A stretch of 64,000 bases of DNA from Paraphysomonas bandaiensis. Taxonomy: Eukaryota; Protista; Chrysophyceae. Of this stretch, positions 13,279 to 24,656 are shown piece by piece. The notes beneath the pieces are model-generated. The model had not been told where the DNA came from and did no database searches. It saw nothing but the letters and a program-made list of their open reading frames with translations. The number at the start of each line of letters is the position of its first letter. Position 1 is the first letter of the stretch. The stretch covers positions 496,001-560,000 of the forward strand of contig CBFFRP010000297.1 of assembly GCA_965644295.1 (NCBI GenBank). Direction: 5' to 3'. The position numbers were made by a program, and so were the translations under genes.

Positions 13279-16200
13279 GGGATCTATTATTGAACCTAGT
13301 CAAATTGGTGTAATCTCCTAGTCACACCAAAATTGGTGTAAAAACCTAGTCAAGCGGTTGAAAAACCTAGTCATTTAATAATTCATATTTTCAGTTTACA
13401 ATGACTAGGTTTTATGGTATTCACCTAGTCAAAAATAAAAATTTTCATTCAAACATGGGAGCATACTCTAGCCATCAATTGATAAATGTAGATATTGTAT
13501 ACATGCAATACATAACATTATAACGTTGCATTCCAATGAGAAATTGGACAATTTCTCGTGACCATGTCCGGTGCAATTCCATAGCTTCCCAAGGGCCATG
13601 ACATCGGTGGGTTCACCGTTGATGAGGGACACCTCGCTGCATTGTGAGTCTTGATGGAGATCAACATGTGCTTCACATCAATGTTCCCTGAGCACATAAT
13701 TAAGATATGTAGAGAGTTATAAATGTATTTTACATACCTCACAAGCGATATTGGGTTTGCACTTGATTATTAAGGGATCTCCCGTACAACATACATAATA
13801 TTATACTGTGGTGCCTGTCATACAATGATTAGCACTCACAAGATTGTGAAACATATTGTGTCATACAATGATTAGCAGTCACAAGAACGCAAAATATATT
13901 GTAATATATAAATGCAGAGTACATATCTATTGCACATACCTCTCTAGAGGTAGGATCAATAGCTGCTAGTACCCACAGCGCGGGCAGCTGTAGACAAGAA
14001 CGATAATAATATAGGTTTCGCTCTTGATTTTGTAAGCTTCCTCCCTTACAACATATATATGCTGTGGTACCTATAATACAGTGATCCGTACTCTATTAAA
14101 ACGCATCAGTACAATATAAAACCTAGTCATACACTTACAGTTCAGAGGACCTGAATCCAAAATACGACATACTCATAAGCCAGTCAGAAAGCAAGATGCT
14201 GTAAGACTGATGACACACTCCTCATGATGATGCTGTAAGACTGATGACACACTCCTGATGATACTGTAAGACTGATGACACAATCTTCATGATACTGTAA
14301 GACTGATGACACACTCCTCATGATGATGCTGTAAGACTGATGACACACTCATGATGCTGATGTTCTGATGACACACTCATGATGATGCTGTAAGACTGAT
14401 GACACACTCATGATGATGCTGTAAGACTGATGACACACTCCTCATGATGATGCTGTAAGACTGATGACACACTCCTCATGATGATGCTGTAAGACTGATG
14501 ACACACTCATGATGCTGATGTTCTGATGACACACTCATGATGCTGATGTTCTGATGACACACTCATGATGATGCTGTAAGACTGATGACACACTCATGAT
14601 GATGCTGATGTTCTGATGACACACTCATGATGATGCTGTAAGACTGATGACACACTCATGATGATGCTGTAAGACTGATGACACACTCATGATGATGCTG
14701 TAAGACTGATGACACACTCATGATGATACTGTAAGACTGATGACACACTCCTCATGATGATACTGTAAGACTGATGACACACTCATGATGATGCTGATGT
14801 TCTGATGACACACTCATGATGATGCTGTAAGACTGATGACACACTCCTCATGATGATGCTGTAAGACTGATGACACACTCCTCATGATGATGCTGTAAGA
14901 CTGATGACACACTCCTCATGATGATGCTGTAAGACTGATGACACACTCATGATGCTGATGTTCTGATGACACACTCATGATGCTGATGTTCTGATGACAC
15001 ACTCATGATGATGCTGTAAGACTGATGACACACTCATGATGATGCTGATGTTCTGATGACACACTCATGATGATGCTGTAAGACTGATGACACACTCATG
15101 ATGATGCTGTAAGACTGATGACACACTCATGATGATGCTGTAAGACTGATGACACACTCATGATGATACTGTAAGACTGATGACACACTCCTCATGATGA
15201 TACTGTAAGACTGATGACACACTCATGATGATGCTGTAAGACTGATGACACACTCATGATGATGCTGATGTTCTGATGACACACTCATGATGATGCTGTA
15301 AGACTGATGACACACTCATGATGATGCTGTAAGACTGATGACACACTCATGATGATACTGTAAGACTGATGACACACTCCTCATGATGATACTGTAAGAC
15401 TGATGACACACTCATGATGATGCTGTAAGACTGATGACACACTCATGATGATGCTGATGTTCTGATGACACACTCATGATGATGCTGTAAGACTGATGAC
15501 ACACTCATGATGATGCTGTAAGACTGATGACACACTCATGATGATGCTGATGTTCTGATGACACACTCATGATGATGCTGTAAGACTGATGACACACTCC
15601 TCATGATACTGTAAGACTGATGACACACTCATGATGATGCTGTAAGACTGATGACACACTCATGATGATGCTGATGTTCTGATGACACACTCATGATGCT
15701 GATGTTCTGATTGATGCTGCTCTACAGTCCACTTCAATGATGCTGCTTTTAGAAGTTTGTTCCCTGAAAACCTCCTTTTTTTCTTCGTTGGACTAAAAAT
15801 AGGGAGATTTATGCACCCCTGAAAGCCAATACAGCAATCGAAGTCATTCAGTGCTGAAGTGAAGGAAGATGAGCGCCATCACTCACAGCATATGAAGATC
15901 TCAAGATGTCCTGCGGATCATAGAGTGAGTTATACCCACAGCTTCATGGACCCTCCTCCCCATAACACTCACAGGGACCATCGCTATATGCATACATGCT
16001 ACAGATAGGCTAGATAGACATACACGTACATCTGTGTTATGTAGATATGTATATATGAGCTTATTGTTATGTTTGAGTGTTTGTTTTGATGCTCTGTAAG
16101 CCACTAATATATTGTGTGGTGTGAGATGGTATCTTAGACAGTCACAGTGTGTAATCAATGGATATAAGAACGACTAGGTTGAATACCAAAGTTGACTAGG

Positions 16201-16293
16201 TTGAGTCATTTATTACTTTGACTAGGTTATTCCACCAAAAATAGCGTGACTAGGTAATTCAACCAATTTGACTAGGTTGAATAATATTTCCCC
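13279..16293. mobile_element. Non-autonomous TIR DNA transposon with CCTAGTCA subterminal repeats
   Basis: Left end GGGATCTATTATTGAACCTAGTCAAATTGGT matches the reverse complement of the right end (GGGAAATATTATTCAACCTAGTCAAATTGGT). At least 5 CCTAGTCA/TGACTAGG motifs at each end; TATT occurs on both flanks. Confidence 0.75.
14195..15710. repeat. Minisatellite, ~48 units of 28/31/34 bp with core CTGATGACACACTC
   Basis: Tandem units CTGATGACACACTC(CTC)ATGATG(ATG)[CTGTAAGA|CTGATGTT]; no unique spacers. Confidence 0.97.
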
Positions 16294-17453
16294 TATTGCT
16301 TAATTCTTACATTCTTACTAATTGAGTGGTACTAATTTATAATATATTTAGTACAAGTTCACATTAGCAAGCAAGGTACTGTTGATAACTCAGCCATTCG
16401 TATAAAAAGGTGGATTGCTTCTGCGTCTCATTTAACCTGCTTTTTCTACTTCGAAATCTAATGATACACCATCGATAGTTGCAGCAGGAATCTTATTGCG
16501 ATAACGCTACTGTCATACGCAGCAATGAGTAATCTAGCTTATAAACCAAGAACTTCTATATCAAATCTATACTATTACTACCTTATTATTTTCTATTCTA
16601 TTGACATCATTTTCAACGCTTTCTACCGTATCCCAACACCTTTACTCAGAACATTATCATGTATCGGACATTAATTTGTGTCGTCATTCCATTGATAATG
16701 CCGGGTGACTAACTATAGAAATCGCCTAATAGCAGCCTGCAATTTAGGCTTCGCAGGCCACCCGTATTTACCAAAGAGGTCTCGTTGAGGGCAGCGAAAT
16801 ACCTCTTCGTCTATTCCATTTTTACTAGAAAATACAGTTACCTCGACAGGGTAGCTGTCCTGTAAACTATAGTTAGTCAGGGTGAGTCAGTCTCAATGCA
16901 TAACATACGATTAGTTTCCCTTCAACTTTAGCGTGCGGAATCACCTCTTTTATGAACTGAGTCGCAGCACGCTTCTCTTGTTCACCTCCGTCTCAGTTGC
17001 GACAATACTGAACAATGAAGCGAGCAATATCTGCCTTGCTACTGCTAGTAGAAGGAGGAATAGAGGTCCCTGAATCTACTGGTTTCGTGTAAAGACTGCC
17101 CATGCTCTCGAATGGATTATCTGTTCAGAACACTATGAGACAATGCTGAGATAGGCAGGGCAGGGTGTTAGTGTGTAGGCACAGACAATTGTACATGCCT
17201 GCACTACAGAGTACACACTGCTGTGCATACATACGTATAGGAATTCCTATATACAGAGTATGAACCAGAGCTGTAGTTCTAAAATACACTGAACTACAGT
17301 GCATTAAGACACCCATAACAATGTGACGGATGGATCCATGCGACAGAATCTAGCTACATCAGATGTGCACATGATTGCACCACAAAGAGTGATGCTGCTC
17401 CTGGTTTAGAGTTTCCTTGTATACAATTGAGATAAGAAGGGAACTAGAGAACA

Positions 17454-18614
17454 ATGGTCGCCTCTGCTACTGCTGTTGCTTTGAGCAGTGCCCTGTCAAG
17501 AGTAGTGATAGTGTGCTGTGTGGTGATGGCTCTCGTCGTCATATCCGCTGCATGTAAGCCGAACTCAACATCCATTTCTGGCTGGAAAGTAACTGTGTGC
17601 TGTCTCCTATTCACCGCATTCAGCATATACGTCTCCAAGGCAGACCTAACAGTCACGACCACTTTCTGTGGTTCACTACTGCTATCCGCTATCTGCTATG
17701 GATTGATCAGAGGGATGGTAGGTATGCCAAGTACTCTAAAAGGAAATAAGCTGTCAAGAAAGTTTAAAGGAAAGCGGTATCAACTTGTTGCAATGCCTGT
17801 TAACCACTTTGGAGAGAAAGTGAGGTGGTGTTTGGATCTTATTGGTGCGCCATATGAGGAGACTACTGTAGCTGGCTTATTTTCGATATTTTTCAGGGGC
17901 CGTTCTGTTCCTTGGCTGGTTGATCGTCAGTCTCATTCAGTTATTGGAAATTCAGATGAGATTTTAATGTTTATGAACGCGGTTCATGTACCATCCCTCT
18001 CGTCTGAATGCCAGGCAAAGGCACAAGCCTTATTGAACAGAAATTCTTCTACAATTTCTTGGGAATCCGATCTTAATAATTACGGACATGCCATCCAAGG
18101 GTGGGTATACTTTTTTCTTCTCGATTCTGGTGTCCCATCTGCGTATACGTTCTATGCATGGGGGGGACGAGAAAAGAAGGTGTCCTGGATTGAGCGTCTT
18201 GTATTGCATGCCGTATATTGGGTGTTTAAACAACAGATGAAAGTGGTGTTTAAGACTTACAGTCGTGAGCTAATGCAAGAGCGGCAGCGAACTATCAATG
18301 GCGTTCTTGATCGAGTGGACGAGGCTTTAAAGGCCAGTGGTGGACCGTTTATATTTGGATCGCAAATGTCATATATTGATATAACATTCTGTGCACTTAC
18401 CGCTCCACTGATGGCATTTTCTATATTGTATAGACAGCCTCGGTCCTTGTATGCCCGTGGGCGATTCGAGTCATTTAGCGATATTGCAAAAAAGAAGGCG
18501 TACATCGAAAACTGCCCTATCGAACTCTCAGAATTCGAACAGCACTTGTTACAGAGACCTTCTGGCCAACTAGTTCTGATGATGTATGGAGAGTACAGAG
18601 ACACACAGTATTAG
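17454..18614 (+). CDS. Glutathione S-transferase-like protein with N-terminal transmembrane segments (intronless)
   Basis: Hydrophobic N-terminal ~85 aa, then GST_N-like PVNHFGEKVRWCLDLIGAPYEE..SVPWLVD..IGNSDEIL and GST_C-like GPFIFGSQMSYIDITFCALTAP. Confidence 0.8.
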   Translation: MVASATAVALSSALSRVVIVCCVVMALVVISAACKPNSTSISGWKVTVCCLLFTAFSIYVSKADLTVTTTFCGSLLLSAICYGLIRGMVGMPSTLKGNKLSRKFKGKRYQLVAMPVNHFGEKVRWCLDLIGAPYEETTVAGLFSIFFRGRSVPWLVDRQSHSVIGNSDEILMFMNAVHVPSLSSECQAKAQALLNRNSSTISWESDLNNYGHAIQGWVYFFLLDSGVPSAYTFYAWGGREKKVSWIERLVLHAVYWVFKQQMKVVFKTYSRELMQERQRTINGVLDRVDEALKASGGPFIFGSQMSYIDITFCALTAPLMAFSILYRQPRSLYARGRFESFSDIAKKKAYIENCPIELSEFEQHLLQRPSGQLVLMMYGEYRDTQY

Positions 18615-19110
18615 TTGAAGTTCAGGTCAGATACGATCGACGCATTATATTGCTTATACTAGGACTGACGGACGCAAGCTAGATAGCGTGAATTTCGTAT
18701 ATTTATGAAATCTACAACTATTGTCATCATTCCTAAGTGGTGTTGATTATAAATATTAAATATCATCGATTCGAAAAGCCGCATTAGTACAACATTTTAA
18801 TTGATATATTTATATTAGTCTATGTGATATTTTGTTGTAGATAAACAACATATGAACTTATGAATGGTATGTATACATGTATATTGAAAGTCTTATTACT
18901 ATAAGAATCAGCACCAGTCATTCATTTATTCACCAATTTAAACTATCATACAGAGTCAGGTTATTAAATTTATTATTATGCAATAATTTCTTCAAATTAG
19001 ATGCTCCATGACAGTGATGGATGACGTCTGCCACCGCCGAGGGGTCTGACTCATACATCGAATTCATATATTGTAAACATTTGTAGCTAGAAGAAAACTA
19101 GTCAAGCTAG

Positions 19111-19518
19111 ATAGGCGTACAAAGAACTCTAGTATCCTACGGAGGCTGCTTGTGCGTTGCCGCAAGCACCAAGGTGCGACCACTTCCGCTCTGAGTTCTT
19201 AAGGATGCTTGACTTCAGCAGGCAGCCCAACACCCCGGTTACCCTTCAGGTGGGCCCTGTCCCGGATGCCGTTGAGGTGGGCCCATTTCCGGATGCCTGT
19301 TTATTCGTCAGGGCCCAAAGACGTCTACACACAAGTGACACTTATTGGTGTCCCTTGTACCACGCAAGCATTTGGCTATTATGAGTGTCCCTTGTACCAC
19401 ACAAGCATTTGGCTATGAGTGGCAGATCAATATCTGCTGACTATGTTTGCGGCTCACGTTCGTTTCCTGGAAAAATACCTCCGGTACTTATCCCCCAGAA
19501 CACCACTTTGTTGAGGGT
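19111..19518 (+). repeat. Dispersed ~400-bp repeat, copy A (with two small internal duplications)
   Basis: Shares blocks GCTTGACTTCAG.AGGCAGCCCAA, TTTATTCGTCA, GTGTCCCTTGTACCA and terminal CTTTGTTGAGGGT with copies at 38143-38538 and 39540-39917. Confidence 0.85.
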
Positions 19519-20467
19519 GTATACATGTATACTGTGTATGATTTGGGAATAGAAATTGCATTATAGATCAACTCAAACTATAAACCCCCAAATTTCTATA
19601 TATAATATATAGATACTGAGGGAATAGCAACTGCGAGGTGTTGGAATTCGTATATAAGTGTGGTGATGAATGTGAACAGTTGTAGTCACACGAAAGGCTT
19701 CTTATTGCCTTATTTAGCATCATCATCACATTTATATACAACATGCGTACTTCTGCTAGTGCACTTGATTGAATGATGTGTGTATGATATGAGGCACACT
19801 ATATCCTAATAAGCACAATATACTAACCCGAACCCTGAAAGAAAGAACTGGATGTCACTGCCATTAACCACCTATACAGCATCAGATATGGCATTAACTC
19901 TCCTGAAATATTCTTGAAGTTGTTTCGAAGCCCTGGTTATGAAGGTATGTCACTTGCACTGACATCATTATGATCTTCTACAGCAGTCGAAGGGTGGAAT
20001 ATAACTTGGAGACTTGGAGTGCTTGATGATCAGCTTTGGATAGTTGGTTCATCAATGTGTAATATAATGAAATCACATATATATGACTGTCAATATCATA
20101 ATTAAGATAGAGGTGAGCTATGGAAGTTAAATCTCTATATTTTCCCGGTGGTGATATGAATCATGTATTTTGTATTATATTGTTGTGTTCACGACTTAAG
20201 AGATATACGTGGATCAATGAATCTTAATAAGGATACGCAATATTCTACATACAAATTAAAGCATAAAGAGACAGGTTATTCTGGGATGTGTGTACGGTAT
20301 TCTACATCATTATATCATTATAGTCCAATTGACTTTATTAATGAAGTCATCAACATGACTCGTCTCCTGATCGCCGTTCCGAGCATATACGGAAATCGCA
20401 GCCAGAAGCAGGTATATACACACAGCTATTTATACTAACCTTGAATATAACTAATGAGATCCAATTC

Positions 20468-21316
20468 TTACTCTACTCGGTGAGAAAATATAGGGTTGAA
20501 GTGGTCCCTCCTTTGTAGGATTGCCCTAAAGTCGTCCATTTCAGTCATGGAGAGGAGCACAAGCAATAGAGCAATAAGTTCGAAATCAGGATGAACACCC
20601 CTGTACGAGCTCACAAGCCAGAGGTTCTCATGATGTGAAATGCAGGATTCAGGGGAGTTGTCTACCATGACGAGACGGTGGGGCATATTTGACGGCGTGG
20701 TTAAATACAAGTCCTTTTCGTAAGTGCTTCCGTTGGACCGCACGGAGGTATTATAAAGGCGTTTCGATATTAGCTCGTTGTGCTTTATTGTTTTTAGAAT
20801 AGGATCACAGTAACAAGCATAACTGGCAGTAAAAATAATTATTTCAAAGTACCGAGAGGCCACGTCGATGAAAGTATCCACGTAGGGACGCTTGTATACT
20901 TTTACCTGTTGCTTGTGGTCGTCATCGTAAATAACATAGTCGTGGTCCACAAATTTTGTATCAGGAGAGGAATGAACCAGTGTTTCATCTAAATCTAGAA
21001 CCAGAGTTGGAAAACTAGTCCCTGTAAATGACAACTCTTCTCTGGCATCAATGATATCATACTCCCGTCCACTGGCCATCTCTAGCAAGATTTTCTCCAC
21101 ATGTCGCGCTTTTTTATGAGTCATAAGAAGTGTAAAACTCTCTAAATCATAGCTGAATTTCCCAAAATACTTCACTATTAGATGAATCACGAGGTCGAAA
21201 GTATTGTTGAGAAACAAGAAGAGCCTCCTCGAGATATCAGGGCAGTTACGATGCAAATAATATGCACCTGCTCCAGTAATACAGAGAAGAAATATATGGT
21301 CAAATATACCGAGCAT
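20468..21316 (-). CDS. FCP/SCP (NIF-domain) HAD-family phosphatase, CTDSP/Dullard-like, with N-terminal hydrophobic segment
   Basis: TLVLDLDETLVHS catalytic motif, KRPYVDTF, IFTAS..YCDPIL, KDL, MVDNSP. Confidence 0.9.
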   Translation of the reverse strand: MLGIFDHIFLLCITGAGAYYLHRNCPDISRRLFLFLNNTFDLVIHLIVKYFGKFSYDLESFTLLMTHKKARHVEKILLEMASGREYDIIDAREELSFTGTSFPTLVLDLDETLVHSSPDTKFVDHDYVIYDDDHKQQVKVYKRPYVDTFIDVASRYFEIIIFTASYACYCDPILKTIKHNELISKRLYNTSVRSNGSTYEKDLYLTTPSNMPHRLVMVDNSPESCISHHENLWLVSSYRGVHPDFELIALLLVLLSMTEMDDFRAILQRRDHFNPIFSHRVE

Positions 21317-21811
21317 CTGAAATGTCTATATCAACCGACTCATTCAGCTGGAGGATAGGAGTGGCCTGGCTCGTTAAGGTACACCAGACAGCAGCACATA
21401 CATATACATACATATACATACAGATATATATGCAACTCCAGCAGGTGCCGCCGTATCATACCACATGCAGTAGTAGTGTACTGTATACCGGTATACAGCG
21501 TATCCATTGTTGCAAAAACAGATGACGTTTTCAGAACTACGAACACTGTATTAGTACACGCAGCAGTATAGCGTACCCTACGCCGGTATACCATGATGGT
21601 CCAGCAGGTTGCAGTCAATACATGCGTTATGCAGCCCGGGCATGATAATGGCGATAAGATTGATAGAAGAGAGCGAGCGATATTACAGGATATATATATC
21701 TTCCGCACCCTTTGTCCATTGCTTCCTGCTTCTGCTATAATCTTCGTAAACCACAAACTCATTATTTGTTAATTGATTTTGCTTAAACTACAGTATACTT
21801 TGCCAATTCAC

Positions 21812-22248
21812 ATGGAGAGTGTACGTATGTCTTAATTTCAACTCACAGTGTCTTATATTTTGTAGAAGGACGACAAAGACACTCCTGATGTGATGTTTGC
21901 TAAAGATGTAGCTCCCCGAGAGCTGTACGCTGAGCAGAAGAAATCTAAAAATCGTTTGACAATGCGGTACAACATGGGTTCGTTAAAGAAAATAGGCGAA
22001 CTCGAGGACAGGCTCCGCCAAAAGTTAGGAGATTTAATAGCTTGTGACCCCGATGACCTTCCAGTTGACTTTGATCTGAATGAGATATATCAAGCTCCTA
22101 GCAAGGATAGGGTTCAGTTGCTGGTATGATATGCTTTTATGTTATTTTTTCTGTGATGTACTTGCAGTCTGAAGCTTTGAAAGAATTCCCTCGTGATGTA
22201 CCACAGAAAATGATCGAGGAAGTATGCATTGAACTGGATTCTGCGTAA
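21812..22248 (+). CDS. CPI-17/PHI-1 (PPP1R14)-like protein phosphatase 1 inhibitor, 115 aa; exons 21812-21820, 21866-22123, 22168-22248
   Basis: Phase-0 GT-AG introns give an intact frame. RLTMRYNMGSLKKIGELEDRLRQKLGDLIACDPDDLPVDFDLNEI resembles the PPP1R14 pattern (VTVKYDRxEL..LExW..L..L..C..E+P.+D+DEL). Confidence 0.65.
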
Positions 22249-22818
22249 GTGTTCTTAATGCTTTTCTGAAAAGCATATGGTAGTTATTTATTCAAAGTTT
22301 TTGCAATGTTGATATTACGACTTCTGCCATTCGTGTTATAACTGGTTCAATGAAATGCCATGCAGCTCTATGCTGGATTCAGTGATCTTTTATTGCACAT
22401 AATAAAGTACCAAAACAAGTTCTGCTCCAGCTCCAGAGATATTGTACTGGCAACATTGCTTTGTAACCACGCTACAATTCCTACATACTTACACTACACA
22501 CTTACACTACACAGCTTTGTTACAACTCTACGGTTACGACATAGCTACATCATTACTGCTTTAACCCAGTACTATTTACGTTTGCATGCGATACGTGCGT
22601 ATTACGTAATACTTATATGACAATATTTCCAAGGCTAATCATCTTTGATGCCTTCAAGTAGTGTTTGTCTCACTACTGAAAAAAGAGTTGGAGGAGGCCT
22701 CCACAGTCTCTCTTAGTACTTTCTACTTAAGATTTAGTTACCACAATCGTTTGCTTTACTTCCTTTCCAGTGTACACGAACACCATTATTAAATTCTTCT
22801 TCTATAGATAGCGTTGCT

Positions 22819-24656
22819 ATTATACTATATAGTGTGACTAAGTGTGAATAGAAGTAAGTGTTACTAAGTGTGAATAGAAGTAAGTGTTACTAAGTGTCGA
22901 AAGGTTATGTAAGTGTTACGTTGTATCGAATGTTAGTTAATGGTAAAAATGAAACAAACTAAGACTAAGGAACAGATAGCAAAAAATATTACTAAGTAGA
23001 AACAAACGATGCAGGAACAAGTGTTAAGTCAGCCGACGGAAATGAATCGGTTTCAGTGAGCTGGTCATGATACCGTGATGTCTCCAGTTCGGCTGTTCGA
23101 GCTGCCACATGCTGCTGCTCGTTTAAAGTATCCATTCTCTTGCGGCGAATATTAGTAACGAATCATTTCATCCAGTGTATCTGGACAAGTAAGAGCATGC
23201 AATGTCTGATAGAAGGGATCAGGACTGCAGGATCGTCAGGCAAGGGAGTAAAATCTTCCTCAAGCTCCAGAGCGCAAGTAAAACTCCAGGATTGTCAGGC
23301 AAGGGATTTTTACTTGCGCTCTGGAGTATATTCTGGATACGAGTGTATGGATGGGAGTTCTATGAGCTCTACTGGGATGCCCTTCGCGCTAACGAGAACA
23401 AAAGCGTCGTTTTTCATCGTCTTGTCCAAAAAATATACCGCAGAAGCCAATCAGAAATGGAGCATGCCAATAAAGAAGTGTCACTCCAGGCAACACTCAC
23501 TGTGAGGACACGAATCTTAGTCGTGATGATAACTCTGACTTGATTGCAGTGAAGTTGTGATTGTGTAGTAATCGCAAATGCTATGCGGCTGACTAAAGTG
23601 TGACGTCGAACAGAACATTGAAGTATTGGCAGGCACTGGTATATGAACAGCGTTTCGGAACTCCAAGAAGCAGATAGGGATGGTTTGAGGGAACAAGATA
23701 TCATCCAGCTGAAATCTTGATGTCGTGTTGCAGAAACCGCAACTTCAATTTTGAAGTAGCGAATGCCACGCACTTAGATTGTGATTTCTTGGAATTCCAA
23801 TAAGGCAACAATTCTGTCTGTGGGAATATAAGATCCAGCAGAATATGTCGATCCAGAAAAAAAATCCAGGCTTTTTTGATGCATGTTGTTTTTAGACGAA
23901 TATATTTCAGAGAAATAACGAAAAGAGGTCGATTTTTTTGTTGGATCGACATATTCTGCTGGATCGACTTATTGTTCCCACAGAAGGAATTTGAAAGAGC
24001 GAACAATACACAGTGAATCGTGCCATTATTAACTGTGAGTTCGTATAGCAAGCTTCATTACTATGCGGGAGAGCTATTGTAAAGGTTTATGCCTCATTAT
24101 CGACAAAATGAGCGTGACAAGTGGGTTCCCGTGACCTGTAGAAAAGCGGAGAGTGTATGTCTCGAGGTTATTCAAGATGACGCAAGCAAGCAGAATGCCT
24201 ATTAGATTGGAGGGGAGTAAAGCATTTGAAATGCGCAGTGAAAGTTCAGTCCGAGTACGTCGTTGATTCATGTGCTGATTTACAGCATGAAACCGTGTTT
24301 GAAATGGAAAAAGAAGACCATGCAGGTGAGGTAGTGGATATGCTCGACTTACTGAGCAATGCTCTCAGTCGTGGTAAAAAGAGAAATAATGTATCAGAAA
24401 TGGCTTTAAGCTCCAGAGACTCCCGGCTAGTGTCAGGTAATAAGTATTGGTACTAGAGACTAGAGTAGTGAGTGTGTAGCTGGAGTACTATTGGGCTGTT
24501 GAGTAATAATCAGTTCATTCATTGGGGTACAGTTATTGCTTTTCTGTTACATGCGCAAGCAATAATGAGAACTAGATGGTACTGTACTGAACTATAAGAT
24601 TAGGTGAAATTTAGCATATATCAAGATTTGTCGTTAATTTGCAGCAAACGCATGCA
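22819..24656 (+). repeat. 1838-bp tandem unit, copy 1 (pseudogene-like, probably TE-derived)
   Basis: Repeated at offset 1838 with identical ORF translations; starts with AAGTGTTACT/GTGAATAGAAGT short repeats. Confidence 0.9.

Noticed and set aside
14195-15710. CRISPR array
   Set aside because: The inter-repeat segments are a few recurring variants rather than unique spacers; no cas genes; eukaryotic context.
14195-15710. Tandem hammerhead ribozymes (CUGAUGA core) or a repetitive protein
   Set aside because: No GAAA element or stems II/III; unit lengths are not multiples of 3 and TGA stops recur on both strands.
20468-22248. Direct enzyme-inhibitor pair (HAD phosphatase plus CPI-17-like protein)
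   Set aside because: CPI-17-family proteins inhibit PPP-family PP1, not DxDxT HAD phosphatases; adjacency alone is not evidence.
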